A DNA stretch of 64,000 bases from Anthoceros angustus (lineage: Eukaryota > Plantae > Anthocerotophyta), in the NCBI GenBank assembly GCA_010909165.1, contig MU008165.1:186001-250000 (forward strand), written 5' to 3'. The notes beneath the pieces are model-generated. The model was not told the DNA's origin. It did not search any database and saw only the letters and a program-made list of their open reading frames with translations. Every line of letters starts with the position of its first letter. Position 1 is the first letter of the stretch. The position numbers and the translations under genes are program-made. This document shows positions 1-13,353 of the stretch, piece after piece.

Positions 1-728
1 GACGAGAGTGGGAAGGAAAGCAGATGAGAAGCTGGCAGAGGGCCGTGCAGGTGCAGGGGTAGCGGCAGCAGATACCTTGCGTGATGTGAGCCATGTCCAG
101 GAGATCGGCAATGCTGCAGCAGGGCCCTGGTCAGTATGGCCATAAGTGTCACGGACTGAACAGCAAGCCATGCCAGCACAGAGAGAGAGCACTTGCAGTC
201 AGTCAGGAGATGGTGGCGCACTTGGACTTCCACTGCTATCTGTCAGAGGTAGGCGTGGCTGCTAGCCGAGGGTCAAACTTCAAACTCCTCGAATGCATAT
301 GTGAAGATGTGAGGTGGGCGTTGCAGAGTTTTACCGTGTCCTCTTTTGCACCGGCCTCGCCGTTCACCTTCGTCTGTAAAATATTCTTCTATGAGTACAA
401 CACGGGGAGGCTCCTCCTCGTGAAGAGGAGGCAGTACAGATTAGGTGCTGAACACAACAGAGACAAGTAAACTTCACACACATCCCAAGTAAGGAGTGAT
501 GCGTTCAACGCCCCGGCTGGAGTGAAAAGGAAGCAGCAGGAGCAGCATTACAGATAATTCACAGCTCCAGCGGGCCGGTTCACATCCCAAGCCGACTGTA
601 GAGGTGATATTTGAGACACACCCAGGTATTCGCCCAAGAGGGATTCCTGCGTCGGTGAACCATCATTGGCATCTGACGGGGGACGAGTGTGAAACTGGTT
701 GTCGAGATATACATACAGTACTGGCTCT

Positions 729-3057
729 CTAAGTGAAGTCCCTATTCGTCAGAATGAAGGGTCCAATCATGGTCCAAACTGCCACAAACAACAGCTGTTG
801 AGAGCAAGCACATTGGTAGGTGGGATTGAACATGGATAGACAAGACAGCCAGATAGCCCCAAATCGTACATAAGTGCGTCGAAATGACTTACTGTAAAGC
901 AATGCAGCGAGCCACTCGTTCACAATTTTCACCCACACGCTAGCCCACCCAACGTCAATGCTCCACCTGTTCCACCGTGATTGGTTAGTTGCTTGGATAA
1001 CTGCACCGACGGGACGGGCTTCACGATATCCACATAAGGACCACCCACTTACTTGTGGATTGTTTGATTCAGATCCCAGCCGATGAACAGCATCGCAAAG
1101 TACATGGCGCCCATCGCAAAAACAAAATGGAAAAAACCATACCCGTATGGAACTCCGTCAATTTTCTCCTCGGTGTTCCTAAACTGTAAAAAGTGCAAGA
1201 TACTGTTAGCGCCAGCACACTCACCTATTTACTCAAGACAAGACAAGGGTTAATGCTCACTTTGAATGACTTGGAATCAATGCCAGTCGAGTAGGTCGAC
1301 ATGATGATAGCCATAAAAGCAAGACCAAAACTCTGAAAAACCGGCACCGACACAGGCAAGTATGCAGGAAGTTAGTTATAACAATCAACGGCCCCTTACA
1401 CAATAAAGCCGACCTTGCTTGCCACAGTGCAGGTGCAACAAGAAAAACAGAGGTCGCTGAACTCACAAATATTGTCACTAAATCACCCCTCCCAGTCTGT
1501 CTTGGTCTGGTGTTACAAGTCACACTTGCTGGTTCACTGGAGAGTTACAGATGCGTATTAATCTAGGTATTCGGCCAACGCAAAACTTAAGACACCCTGG
1601 GGGAAGCCCTAACCCAAGAATGCATTCTTGCTTTGTTTACCTCATTATTGCCGAATAGCAGAGAAATACGATGTACAGAGACACCAACGCGGAAGTCAGG
1701 AGGCCCGCATTGACCTGAGAGGACACACAAAGAACTCTCAGGCTCGTCACGACTGCTTCAACGACAAACCAGTTCTTTCAACCAGTACAACAGTTCAGAA
1801 GGAGCTCAAACCAATACAGAGACAAATGAGCCCAAGATCAAGCTCACCTTTGAATGTAAAGAAATGAGCGTCATCGCCAGCACAAGGATAAGAGTCCAGG
1901 TGACAAAGAAAATGTTTGTCCCACAAGAAGGCCGTGGAGCAAACCATATGTACATAATCACAATGCCCAAAATTGATACGCCGTAGCTCAGGAATGACAC
2001 AATCACCATCGGTAAACGACTGCAACAATGAGCAAAAGTCATATAAGAGTTGTCTCCAACACAGGACATGAACAACAATGCGAACAGAGTTCAATTTTTT
2101 ACCAGCGACGCTCATTCTTCTCTGATAACCAATGTTCATTCCACCAATATATGAAGTTTACCAGACTCAGAAGCTGGATAACAAGGAAGATTCTGCATGG
2201 ATCACCGAGCATCAGTGCTGTGCCTTGAAAAACTATGCTGCTTCAACTTGGGATAGCATGAAAGACTTAGCTACCAATGCCAACAAATGAGAGTTGTCCA
2301 TGGCTTTCAAACTCACCCAGCACCAAATCTTGCAATTTCACCTGCACATCAAAAGAAGGAAGTCTTAAGAGCAGCTCAATCGGGGCAGACCGTCAATTCA
2401 ACAGCAGTAAGGAAGTAAAAGCATTCCAGATTTCTGTGAGGGTTGCAGCATCCTGACCATAGAGTTGTACGGCCGCAGATGGTATAAAGAATGGCACGAC
2501 CATAAAAATGATCCAAAGCAGACTTTTGACAGGCCAGAAACCAGAATGCCAGGCATCTCTGGGATCATCCGTCTGTTTTGTACCGACTGTTGTTAGATAC
2601 ATAACAGCGTAGAATGCCTTCAATGGGGTCAAGAGAAAAACACGATTTGAACTAAAAAAAAGGAGGTGGCCTGGCAGAGCAGAGCCTAAAGTGACACAAA
2701 GATAGGTTCCAGGGAGTCAGAGCGTAAGCATGGAATGACACAGAAAGGATACAAAGCAACCCATGCTAACACGGAGAACTCCCTCCGTGCCTAGACAATC
2801 GTGGCCTCCTCCACATCCTTTCAGATCTGCGATCAAACAAATAGGTCCTTATCCGTCCAAAGTGTTCTGAACTGATGTGCGTTTGTGTTACAGCGACACC
2901 ACTTACAGTGAATGCCTTCCAGGGCCTTTTGGCTGTAATCCCGGACCATCCACGCGATGATCACTGTCAACAGGAATATGATCCCATAAAGATACCGTGC
3001 CACCATCGAACCAGGCCCATGGCATGTCTGGCATAAGCATCCAGTTGCCCGACACAT
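729..3057 (-). CDS. SERINC: Serine incorporator (SERINC/TMS membrane protein), multi-exon
   Basis: Exons joined at GT-AG junctions give MCRATGCLCQTCHGPGSMVARYLYGIIFLL..., DCLGTEGVLRVSMGCF, DPRDAWHSGFWPVK, GEIARFGAG, GVPYGYGFFHFVFAMGAMYFAMLFIGW, WVKIVNEWLA and WTMIGPFILTNRDFT*. These match plant Serinc proteins (MEE55-like group). ATG at 3057, TAG at 729. Confidence 0.93.
2618..2752 (-). other. U12-type (minor spliceosome) GT-AG intron in SERINC
   Basis: Donor GTATCCTTT directly after ...ATG GGT TGC TTT. Branch-like CTCTTGAC lies just upstream of the acceptor ...TTGAAG|GCA TTC TAC. Splicing restores the frame GCF|AFYAVMYL. Confidence 0.85.
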
Positions 3058-4733
3058 TTTTCTATTACAGTGGGAAAAAAATCTCAGCAGGAAATAGTGA
3101 CGACCCCCTCCAATGCAAGGTCAAGCCGCAAAAGTGCCCCTGGCATTGTGAAGCCTGCAATTTTGCACTCGAATCCTCATTTTGACCCCGAACAGTTCGC
3201 GGATCTGGTATTTGGTGCTCAACCTTCCCGATTCCTAGGCGATTCCTGCCAAACTTGCGCCCAGACCTTTTGCCTCCAAAACACAATGCCTCCCGCTCCT
3301 AACCTCAGCGCAAAACTGCAAAACGAGAATGATTGAGCTCAACCTGAAGTTGTGCTGCCCGGAGGTGCATAATCCATTACTTTCACCAAAAACTCCGAGG
3401 AAGAGGAAAGCACAGGCCTCCCTAATTTCCACAACTCCCGGGGATGAACGTTTGCAAACCATCCGGTCACAAGCTACTAAAAGGGAGAAGGTTGCACGAG
3501 GAGAGCAGGTGCAAACGAGCCCAAAAAACGTGATTTCCAACAGGCACGGAATTAAAAACAGCAACGTTCCTGAACAGGAGAGAAGCTATGGGATTCTTCA
3601 GTACCTCAAAGACGTCTTCAAATCACGAGAACAACAGATCCACTCCGTCTCTCACTTCGCATCCACTCCAACGCCTCAAACCACAGCCAAAATCGATCTC
3701 CACAAATTATTTTCCCAAGGCCAGGAACAAACTGCTCCACACAGAGTGCCGCAACTCCAAATCGAAGACCTGCTGCTCAAAAAATTCCTCACGAGTCGCA
3801 AAGAGCTCTCCCGCAGATACAGCGTCCTGGTCATGAAATTCCTGCGCTCTGAAATGCTGATTTATCAAAGCAAGCTGCCGTCCGCACAATCAGGAAAACA
3901 GAAGCGCTCGAGCAACCAGCGCGCAGAGCTGCTGCAACAGAAGAGAGGAAAGACGCAGGCGGGGCGACGCGAGTGAAAATTGGGCCGCAGCGTGATTCAG
4001 GGCATCGCCCGAGGCCGAAGGCGCGCCTCGGATTCCCGCAGCAAGGCAGCAGGCATGCAATGCGCGGTTGTCACCTAGTTTGGCTTTTTCACTTTCTTTC
4101 ACGGCGTCACGCCACAGTTACGGTTATCTGCAGCTGACAAGGGACTGCCCAGCCAGCTCACGCCTGGGCTGGGCACGCCGCCCGGGTGGAAATTACCACA
4201 CGTGCGACTTCAATTACATAACTCGACAATACGCATCTTTGCATCTTAACAGCAATAACGCACACACCTAAAGAATAATGACTGCCTAGCCTCCCTCGAA
4301 CGGAGTAATCACTATAAAAGCCCGTTACCTGTTTTCTTCAAGAAACCCTAATGGCAGGGGACAACCGGGCCCCAGCCCCGAGAACTGGGACCCAGACAGG
4401 ACGACAGCCTGCAGCCGATACTTGACTTGACCTGATGAGGAGAGGCCAAATAGATTTGGACGGGTTGCAGACTTTTCACACCATGAAGACGATGACAGAG
4501 GTTTATTAACAAGCTACTTGGACTGAGGGCTCAGCTTCACTAACTTCCGTTGGCAGGTGAAACTCGCCTCTGCACACATAGACGGAAGCGAAGGTAATGA
4601 GACGGCAGTGACCTTCCTTCCCCACCGGGGGCCACCAGGAGCAACACAGAGTATGCATAGCACCAAGCCAGCTCCATAAGCTTCAGCACGAGTGTAAATA
4701 ATAAGTCCAGGGGCATGAGGCAAACGAGTGATC

Positions 4734-7700
4734 TCACGCTGTTCTTTCCGCCAGACCCTTCAGGAATCTGGAAGGGCCAACCTGCAAGTCAAAGCACTGG
4801 GTTGGTCAGACACATATTGAATGGGCGCGGAAGAATGTTTGGATGGGTTATGCTCCTCAGCAGACCTTGATGTGGTGCGGAAGTATCTTCACGTCGAAAG
4901 GCGTGTAGAGCCAGGCTTCGGATGAGTAGGTCATAAGGTTCTCCAGTCTGCTAGTGTAGACGTCTGCGTATCTCTGAACGTTGTATGAAAATGATGATTC
5001 CTTGCCTGTGTCGGTTAGAAAGGTCGATCCGAAGTAAGCATTGAACATAGACTTCATGGCCAGTCTTGATACTTGGCGTTCGTGTCTCAATGCCGTGAGG
5101 AGGCCGGATTCGCCTGTGATGGAGGCACCCTGATTCTGCAGACTATGATACTTCCCAAGGAGCTCTTGCACGATGTGATATTTTGCCTGCAAGGAACAGT
5201 AAGGGACAAGGATAAAGGATTTCAAGGGGCTGCAGTGGACCAGACAGGAAAGGGCTAACTTGCATCATGCATCCCATGAGAAGCGGACGGCACTTGGGGC
5301 CCGGCAGAGTACCTGTTGGAATCGATATTCGTTCTTGTTTTGGGTCTCTATCTCCCTCTGCCCGGTCCGAAAGGATTATGGAATACAATACGTCAAAGAC
5401 CCAACGAGACATTCCCCTAACAACCCAACGAAACTTGACATGGCTATGACGAGGAAGACAAAAAACAAGAAACATGGCTATTCACATGAGCTGAAATCAC
5501 CACACATGAATCAGTGAGAGGGAGTAGGTACAGCACCTCTAGTTCTCGGATTATGGCTGCCGTTCGCCACCCAGCTTTCAGAGGTCCTCTCAGATCGCTG
5601 TAGAGATGGTCTCCGAAATACAGAACCTGAAACGTTATGAAGAAAACTTTCTTCTCATTGGTCCAGAGAAAGGAACAACAGTTGGGGTCAATAAGCGCAC
5701 GTATAAGGTGGCATTACCCTACAACTTTAGAACAGAAGAGTACCTCAGGACCTCTCCACTTCGTGATTTCAAGAAAGTTCCGCAGGCAGCCATGATAGTA
5801 GACACTGTGCGGTTGAAACTGATCAACTCTTTTGAATGTCAGAATGTCTTTACTTGAGTTATAGTACCTGCATAAGGGAAATGCACACTTCTTGGATAAA
5901 CACTTCTCAGCAGTTTGAATTAATCCTATAGAGAGCAAACTACCTGAATGGACGCTCAGACGTGTAAAAATTTGGTTTGTCAGCCAAGGCGATGACAACA
6001 TCAAACAGTGCCCTCCATGTCTCCCCGTCACGCCCATCCTCCTACTCGACAAAGCCACAACATTAGTTGCGCCATGCATGATAGGCTTGCCACAATCTGA
6101 AGGTGGATCTGTCATGCATCGAAGCTAGTAGGTCAGAATGTGACAGGATTCACCTGGAACAGAAACCTCATGCCTCCATCTACAAATGGAAAGGGAGAGT
6201 TAGTCAAGATAAAAAGCTTCTTGCCCCTCTCCTTCAAGCCTTTAAGCATCTCCACAACTGCTCCCTGTAAACCTTGGAAACCGTCAACTTAGTTCCAAAC
6301 TTGCATTTCAGCGCACTTGATACACATGGCAGACCTCCAAACACGGGGATCAGAATTGTATACGTACGTTTTTCACAAGATACTTTGCCGGATCCCGTAG
6401 AACCTCCTGGTGCATCAGACCACTGTGATGGACAAAGCTAATGCAACGTTTCACATCCTCATACACGTAAGCTGAGTCGAATTCCATCCCTTGATCCACG
6501 AAATGCTGGATAACATCTGATATAAGGCACGCCTACAGGACCAACAACCCAGTAAGTTTGGGCAGCATCACCTAACCTGTACACATCTCCCTTGAATGAG
6601 CGAAACAGCAGAAACCCCCCGAAGCAACCAATGTAGCTCGAAACCCACCTCACTGAGACAAAACAGGTCCATTAATGCAACGAGGTTGGGCATGTGTTCA
6701 TTGTTTATATACTTCCCCCCGTACGCATCCTCTATTTCTGCTCGAGTCATCTATAACAGGCATGGCAGCGATTTGGTTTCCATCAGGCCGAACAGGATAT
6801 ACAACCAAATTCTGACATAGCAAATGCAGGATGCGAAAAGCTCTTACCCGGCGGCGGCCAAAGAAGCATCCAGCTGGCTCAACATAATGGAAAAAGTCAA
6901 GCTTCAGTAGAAAGCCCTTCTTCTTATCATAGAACAGGCCTCTTATTGGGAACCCTGCGTCATACTCAAATTTCAAGCAGCTTGCTGGGTATTTGTACTG
7001 TGAATTCACCACCACACACAGAACAACCGACGTCCAGTATGAAAAAGAATGGCGTTGAAAATAGCCCTTGGAACGGTCTCAAAAGCATCAAGTGCTTAAA
7101 TGAATGTAGCATCCAACGAAAGGGGCCAGAGACTGAGCACACCTCCTTGACAAGGTGCTCTTTGGCCAAATCATAGATCAGCGGTTGCAAGTTCTGGGTG
7201 TAGTGGGCCAAAGTGTAATCGTAATCAAAGCCATAAACACCAATACGATCCAGTCTGAGATTGTGATTTGCATATACTCCTGCAACCAAAAAAGATGCAG
7301 ATTCAAAAAAACATGGCCAGAGAAGTTTAGCCCTCAAGAAAAAGTGTCCTCCACTTGTCCTACTAGAAGGTTGGATAAAGCACCTACCGTTGGGATCCAT
7401 TTTCGGCAAACCATGCAATGCTGAAGGAATATGCTCGAAGCATTTCCTAGCAGCTTCAAACTCCCTTTTCAGCTTCCTTGTAGGGTCATCAGTTTCACCA
7501 GTTGAGGCATCTCCATTCAAAGTCAGTCCATCAGACGTTGAAGAAGACATATCCCTCAGAATGTGAGCAGGACACTTGCCACTTTTGCCCTGTTGGAATC
7601 TCGACAGAGAGCAGTTGTAGCAAATATCATCCGTCGTCACAGAGAAGTCTGGACTCATCGATTCACCCTGCATGTCAACAGCTGAGCCAGAGGTGGCAAG

Positions 7701-8312
7701 TTTCTCCCCACTATCCAACCTCACAACATCAGAAGCTGTGGAATAGGAGCAATGGCCAGTGGACGACGATGCTGGTCGAGCCAGGGTACTTCCATGCAGC
7801 TGGCGAAGGTGCACCGAACCAACCAACCGCTGAAAGCGCCTGCCAACAGTGGCAGGCATGGCAGAGGATGAGGAGCATGTCCCTGTATCCGACTCAAAGC
7901 CATCGAATCGAGCCTCGCCACACTGCACCTATAAGCACAAAGCAAGCGATCAGCGTTCCATTTCTAGTGGACTGTCAGGCTACAAACTCCTCGCATCATG
8001 GACAGTGCAAACTATCCTTTCACCAAAGGTCCAACCATGCAACAACAACTACTACCATTGTGCGCCAGGCAACGCATTTGGCTTTCCAAAATCCATCAAC
8101 GAATCTCCGCTTACGAATGGTCCTCCTTCAGTTCTATCAGACAGCAAGCATCCAAAAAAATTGCATCTCACCGAATTCTCTTCATCCTGCGGCACTGCCG
8201 TCGCTATCTCCTTCTTCACCAAACTCAGAATAGGAAGATGCTCAGCAATGCGGCTGCGTGCGTTTTCCAAATTCCTCAACAAGCTGCTCAACTGTGCAAC
8301 ACGGTAGCGCAT
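4734..8312 (-). CDS. HAD-superfamily 5'-nucleotidase (NT5DC/NT5C2-like) with long N-terminal extension, multi-exon
   Basis: HAD motif I in [14 protein letters not shown]; also [71 protein letters not shown] and FGSTFLTD...[12 protein letters not shown]. First exon 8312-~8172 (ENS|gtgag) joins in frame to the acceptor at 7929. Last exon 4781-4734 reads [15 protein letters not shown]. Confidence 0.9.
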
Positions 8313-9064
8313 TGTGCCGGAGCAAATCCCCCCGGCCTCAGCACATCAAAATCCTCAAAATGCCTCTCCGATTCTCACCACCGCTCCACGCTGATCAATC
8401 ACACGGCCCCGGCTTTTGCTGCTACAAACGCAGGTCTCTCCGGTGCACAGTCTGTTGGTCTCTCCGGAGCACAATCTGTTCCTACAATTTTGCAGTCCCT
8501 ACGCCTACAAGTCTCGATTCTGCTACATAATCGGCCGGGGATTGCGAAAGACATGCTCTCTCACAAATTCGTTCAAATACCGTGCTCCGTTGAGATTCCG
8601 TTGCGATTCACCTCAGCAAGTCAAGAACCGCACGATCGGATTGCTTGGCGCTCCGCCTGCTCCAGACTGCCAGGGTTGCAGACGGTGCGCACACCGCCGT
8701 CTTCAGGCGCGCTTGGTGCTGCTTTCCCGCCACAGCAGGCGCAAAGGACGACAACGGGAGAAAGATGCGGGCCACTTATCCCGAACTCGCGGTATGAAAG
8801 CAGGGTTTTCCAGTCCCAGTCCAAGTTGTAGTGGAGGAGAGTACATAAAGCTGGTGGAGTCACGAGCATGTTGGATGTATGTTTGTACCAGTTGCCAGGA
8901 ACCTGCCTGTTCTGAGGACCACTCTCCTCTCAGACAAGTACATCAGGTTGTTGAGATGACGTGAGACCTGACAAAGGAGAGACCCAACAGGGAAAGCAAG
9001 ATCCACAGACCGGATGGCAAAGCTGTAGTCACTTTCAAGAGGAATCGGAAGCACAGGCAGTCCA

Positions 9065-11692
9065 TCAGGATTGTTCTGTGCCTACTCCACCAGCGAGCTT
9101 GTGGACGAGAGCAGCAACACGCTGGGCTAGCAAATCAGCATCCTGCTGCTCACTAGCTTCTGCGTACACGCGAACTATGTCCTCTGTTCCAGATGGTCGA
9201 ACGAAGGCACGCCCCGCAGGATACCTTGCTGGATTGGATAGCAGCAGAAACTGCTCAGATGGATGAAAGATATGACATACTGTTAGAATCATATTGTAGA
9301 ATGAGGGAGCTCACCAACTTCCATGTCGATGGCATCTTGCAGTCCAGAAGGGAAGGCAACTCGTGTCTCGGCATCTGTAGTTGTAATTGAAGCACGGTTT
9401 GCAACCTTCACCTGAACCACAAAGAAGGTGAGTATGGTTTAAGGTTGCGTCATGATGTCACCCTCGGACAGTGACTACCTTTGATTGCCTGCTTGGCAGA
9501 TCGATGTACTCCTTATCCCAGTCCTGTACAGACCAGTTTCTGTGTAGAAGGATAGCCTCGACCATCAGCAATCCACTTATAGCATCACCCACTGCCTGAT
9601 TTACCACCTGACTGACTGACAATAGTCTTTGAATGGCTTGATGCTTTTCTGTACCGAAGTTTGATGTAAGAAGTGATAGAAGCATTGAGTATCAATTCAC
9701 AGAAAAGACGGATCCCAATCACACACCTTCAAATTCACACACAAGTAAACAGTTGCCAACTCTTTGGGCATGCGAAGTGCACCTTGGCTGAGTGCTCCGG
9801 ATGTCTTTAGCCACTCCAACAACCTGTCTTTGAATAAAATTGTGCCATGTCCATTTGCCTCAAAGTATATGCCAACATCATATTCAGCTGCTTTCTCGTG
9901 CAGATGCTTCACTCCAGTTTTCGTGAGAGCAACTTCTACACCAACATTATGCTTCAGATATCTCGTGGAAGCTCCATTGGCATAAGCAGTTTGCACTACA
10001 CCCAGTTTTGCATATCCATAGTCGGGGAGAAGAAACACTCCCACCCCGGAAGATTTCTCACTGGAGAGCTTTTGGAGCTCGTCCTTGATGAAGGAAGCAA
10101 ACAAAGTTAATATCTTGTCTCCATCCAACATGTGCATACTTGGGGCTCCCTGCGGAGAGCTCGTCAAGTAGAAATAAACCAATCGATCAGCATCTCCATC
10201 TAGTGATGCACACCTGTGGAGAATCAAAACAGGAACTCATCACCCCGACAACCGCTGTGATAAGCTCAAACCAAAAACCATGGATTTGCTGTCAAAATGC
10301 CACTGATCCAACATAAACCACACTGGCATAGGCGTTCAAATTCCTTGCTCAGAACATGCATTCAAACGACATTGAAATGAATGCCCATCATCCCCACAAC
10401 ACAAACCTGATTCCGATGTCCTCTGGACTCCCAAACCCACGAGGAGCTGCCTTCTCCTTTTGCACGAAATCGGCTCCAACGCCCTCGTTCAAGCTGCCCT
10501 CCCCTTCCATCCCTGAATTTCGAACCTCCAAACTAATCTTCGTCAGAAATCTTTGCAGATCGCCCAGTTTAAGAGCCCCAACACCATTCGCTCCATCCAC
10601 AATAGGGCCCACATGCACCACATCAGCGATCCCCGAAGTCCCCAATTCCACCAGATATCTGCAAGGATGACAGCAAACTGTAGGCCTTGGAGTAAATGGG
10701 TTGCAATCGAATGTCATTTGCCTTCCATTCTCTCGGGCAGGGCGCTCACCCCATGCCACAAGAGGAGGCAACAATCACCTGAAGCCATCCACCAGTTGAG
10801 TGAAGTAAGCTGCCTCTGAGCTATCCCGGCCCTGATTCCTGGTGCGAACCATCCAATGAAGCTGAGGGGTCGCAAGGACCCCCATATCCTCAGCCACACA
10901 ACCTGCAACTGCTTCCACACCCTGCATCACAAAACAGGAAACAAAACCAATCAGAAAACAAACACTCCTTTTGCCTCCTCCAGACACGCGCGCACACAAA
11001 TCAGATGTCCTACAAGAACGTGCCTGTTGCATCTGCATCTGAGAGCTTGTATCATACTTGAATTGCTGCGGCAACCAGTGCCTGCCCACTGGGTCTGGTA
11101 TCTCTGGCAACAAGAACTCTCCCACCAGCATCCCTTCCTCCCCGAATTCCTTCACTCCTCACAATCTGCTCCACAACCTGAAACCAACACAACTCCAACC
11201 TAAGTCCAACAAAACCGATCCACCTCCTCCTCCTCCTCCTCCTCTACTACATCTCCATCACCTTCTCATGCCTCACCTGTAGCACACATTCCCCGTCCCC
11301 TGCATTGGCCAATGCATCTGCGTACCCTTCCCACTCCATCACAAGCATGCCTCCTTCAGGATCCGCCAGCTTGATCCCATTATCCGGCAACGGATTGTGT
11401 GAAGCCGTCACTACCAACCCCGTCACCTGCCTGGTACAAAGAGACCGCAAAGCAGCCAGAACTCCACATCTGAACACTGTGGACATGAGGTGCGATCCAT
11501 CTGCCCGAAACCCAGCCGTTCCATACGAGAACTTCAAGCCTGCAACATCAAATCACATCACCACAAGCTCATGCTCCCTTCCACACCCGTCTTCTTCCAC
11601 CGATCCAAGCTCCACCAAAGCTCGGGAAACTGACCTTCAGGAAAAGGAAAGCGAGAAGCCACTTCAGCGAAATGGGTTCTGTCCAGAACCAT
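9065..11692 (-). CDS. AGM1: Phosphoacetylglucosamine mutase (PGM3/AGM1/DRT101), multi-exon
   Basis: Exon 1 [20 protein letters not shown] (11692-11635), then [12 protein letters not shown], phosphoserine loop VTASHNP, metal loop [31 protein letters not shown] and C-terminal [19 protein letters not shown]. Confidence 0.96.
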
Positions 11693-12018
11693 GTCCGCCG
11701 GCTGCAACGAGGGAGCAACTCCGAGGTCGGGCAACCCAGCCACCATGTCCCCAGATTTGCCACCCGCCTGCGACCGGATCCCGGCAGCCACAGAGAGGGC
11801 ACGGCTAGAACGGGCAGGCCGGGAACGGCCAACCAAACCCACACATAGCTGAGCCCACCGGATCGGAGCCCGAGCCGGATCGTGCCGAGGAGGAGGATGC
11901 CAATATCGGAGCCCGCCTCGGTGGAGCCCAAAACAGAACATGAGCCTTCCTTCCGCTCAGGTCAAATTCCAGGCCACGCTTGACCTTCCTGGCTGGTCCG
12001 GTCGGCGCTGCGGCAGCG

Positions 12019-13353
12019 ATGACTCTGTTCCACTTCCTCAACTGCGCTGCCCTCACCTTCGGCCCGCACGCCGTCTACTACAAGGCCACGCCGCTGTGAG
12101 TATTTCTCTTGGCGGCGCCTGTCGTGATTTTGCCTGTCACGTGATCTACCTTGGCGGCTGCCTGCTGATCGTGGATGGAAAAGGCTATGCTTGCCAGGCT
12201 CTGTGGGTGGTTGCCTTGCAGCTGCAACCGAGCTCATTGTTTGCTGCTGGCAGGTCGGAGTTGGATACGGTGGGCATATGCGCGAAGACAGCCTTCGTGT
12301 GCTTAGCCACCACTCTCATCAAGGTGAATCGATCACTGATGACTGATGCAATGCAATGCCTTGAAATGCTATGCCATCCAGTGCAGCCTTGTGGAAGTCT
12401 TGTTGCCATGATCGAGGCTGAAACGTCTTCTGCTGTCTTGCAGCTTGGTTGCATAGCAACCTTTTTGCAGATTCCAGATAATGACAACTTCCAGCCTTAC
12501 CAGGTGAGCCCAGTGCATCTCCTTCCTAGTCAGGCGACGGAACTGTCATCCTCTTGGATACTGGTTGCCATCTCTCCTGCTTGTCTGATCCAGCAGGTCC
12601 GGGTCGTTTTCCTCGCAGGAGTTTCTGAAAGCGGTGATCGGGCTTCTGGATGCAGGAGGCCTCTACTTCGCACTCACCCGCCTGACTTGCCGGGGCATCA
12701 ACAAGAGTGACAAGTTCCAAGCCGTTGGCCTCGGTAAGCCTTCTGTCTCACTCGTTTCGCACCTCTGCTACGATCTGCAGTTTCTTATGTCAAACATGTC
12801 ATCGTCTGTGATGGCACAGGATGGGCATTTGCAGATTCACTGCTGCACCGCCTCTTGCCCCTGTGGGTTGGAGCAAGGGGCATGGAGTTCACATGGGACT
12901 ACCTGCTGCAGGGCATTGAGTCAAACGCTGCACTGGTACACCCATCTTCCACTTCTGCACAACCTCACCTCACCTTACCCCAGCACTTCTCACACCTCAC
13001 AACATCACCTCGCACTTGTGCTTGGCTGCAGATCTTCACCGTCTCCCTTGCAGCCCTGGAGTACCTTGTGTCATTACGCAAGAGGAAGCCCCCGACGCTC
13101 GTGCCGATCATCTACGCATGTGCTGCTATCCTTGCAACCATGCCCACCACTACAAGGTCGGATTAGCATGCATCCAAATTCTCCTGCAATCTGCACACGT
13201 CTTTCATTCTGCTTTCTCACTCTCCTTGTGGAATGCATCAGCTACCTCCGCCTAGGGCTTGGATGGGATATGTCACACATAGTTGGGTTCGAAGTTGGTG
13301 CTTCCATCGCCATGGCCTTGATCACGTGGAGACTAGTAGTGGCTTGTCAATGA
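12019..13353 (+). CDS. TMEM147: Transmembrane protein 147 (BOS/nicalin-NOMO complex subunit), multi-exon
   Basis: N-terminus MTLFHFLNCAALTFGPHAVYYKATPL; internal GLGWAFADSLLHRLLPLWVGARGMEFTWDYLLQGIESN; ends ...ASIAMALITWRLVVACQ*. These match the TMEM147 family. Confidence 0.92.

Noticed and set aside
93-470. 125-aa plus-strand ORF at the window start
   Set aside because: No recognisable motif and no supported splice model; it lies just downstream of SERINC and is probably UTR or antisense to an off-window gene.
3329-3976. 215-aa plus-strand ORF
   Set aside because: No family signature. The opposite strand looks like the T-rich 5' UTR/intron of SERINC, so it is probably a shadow ORF. A real orphan gene cannot be fully excluded.
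7502-8964. Several overlapping plus-strand ORFs of 150-280 aa
   Set aside because: Antisense to the nucleotidase 5' exons and promoter, with no motifs.
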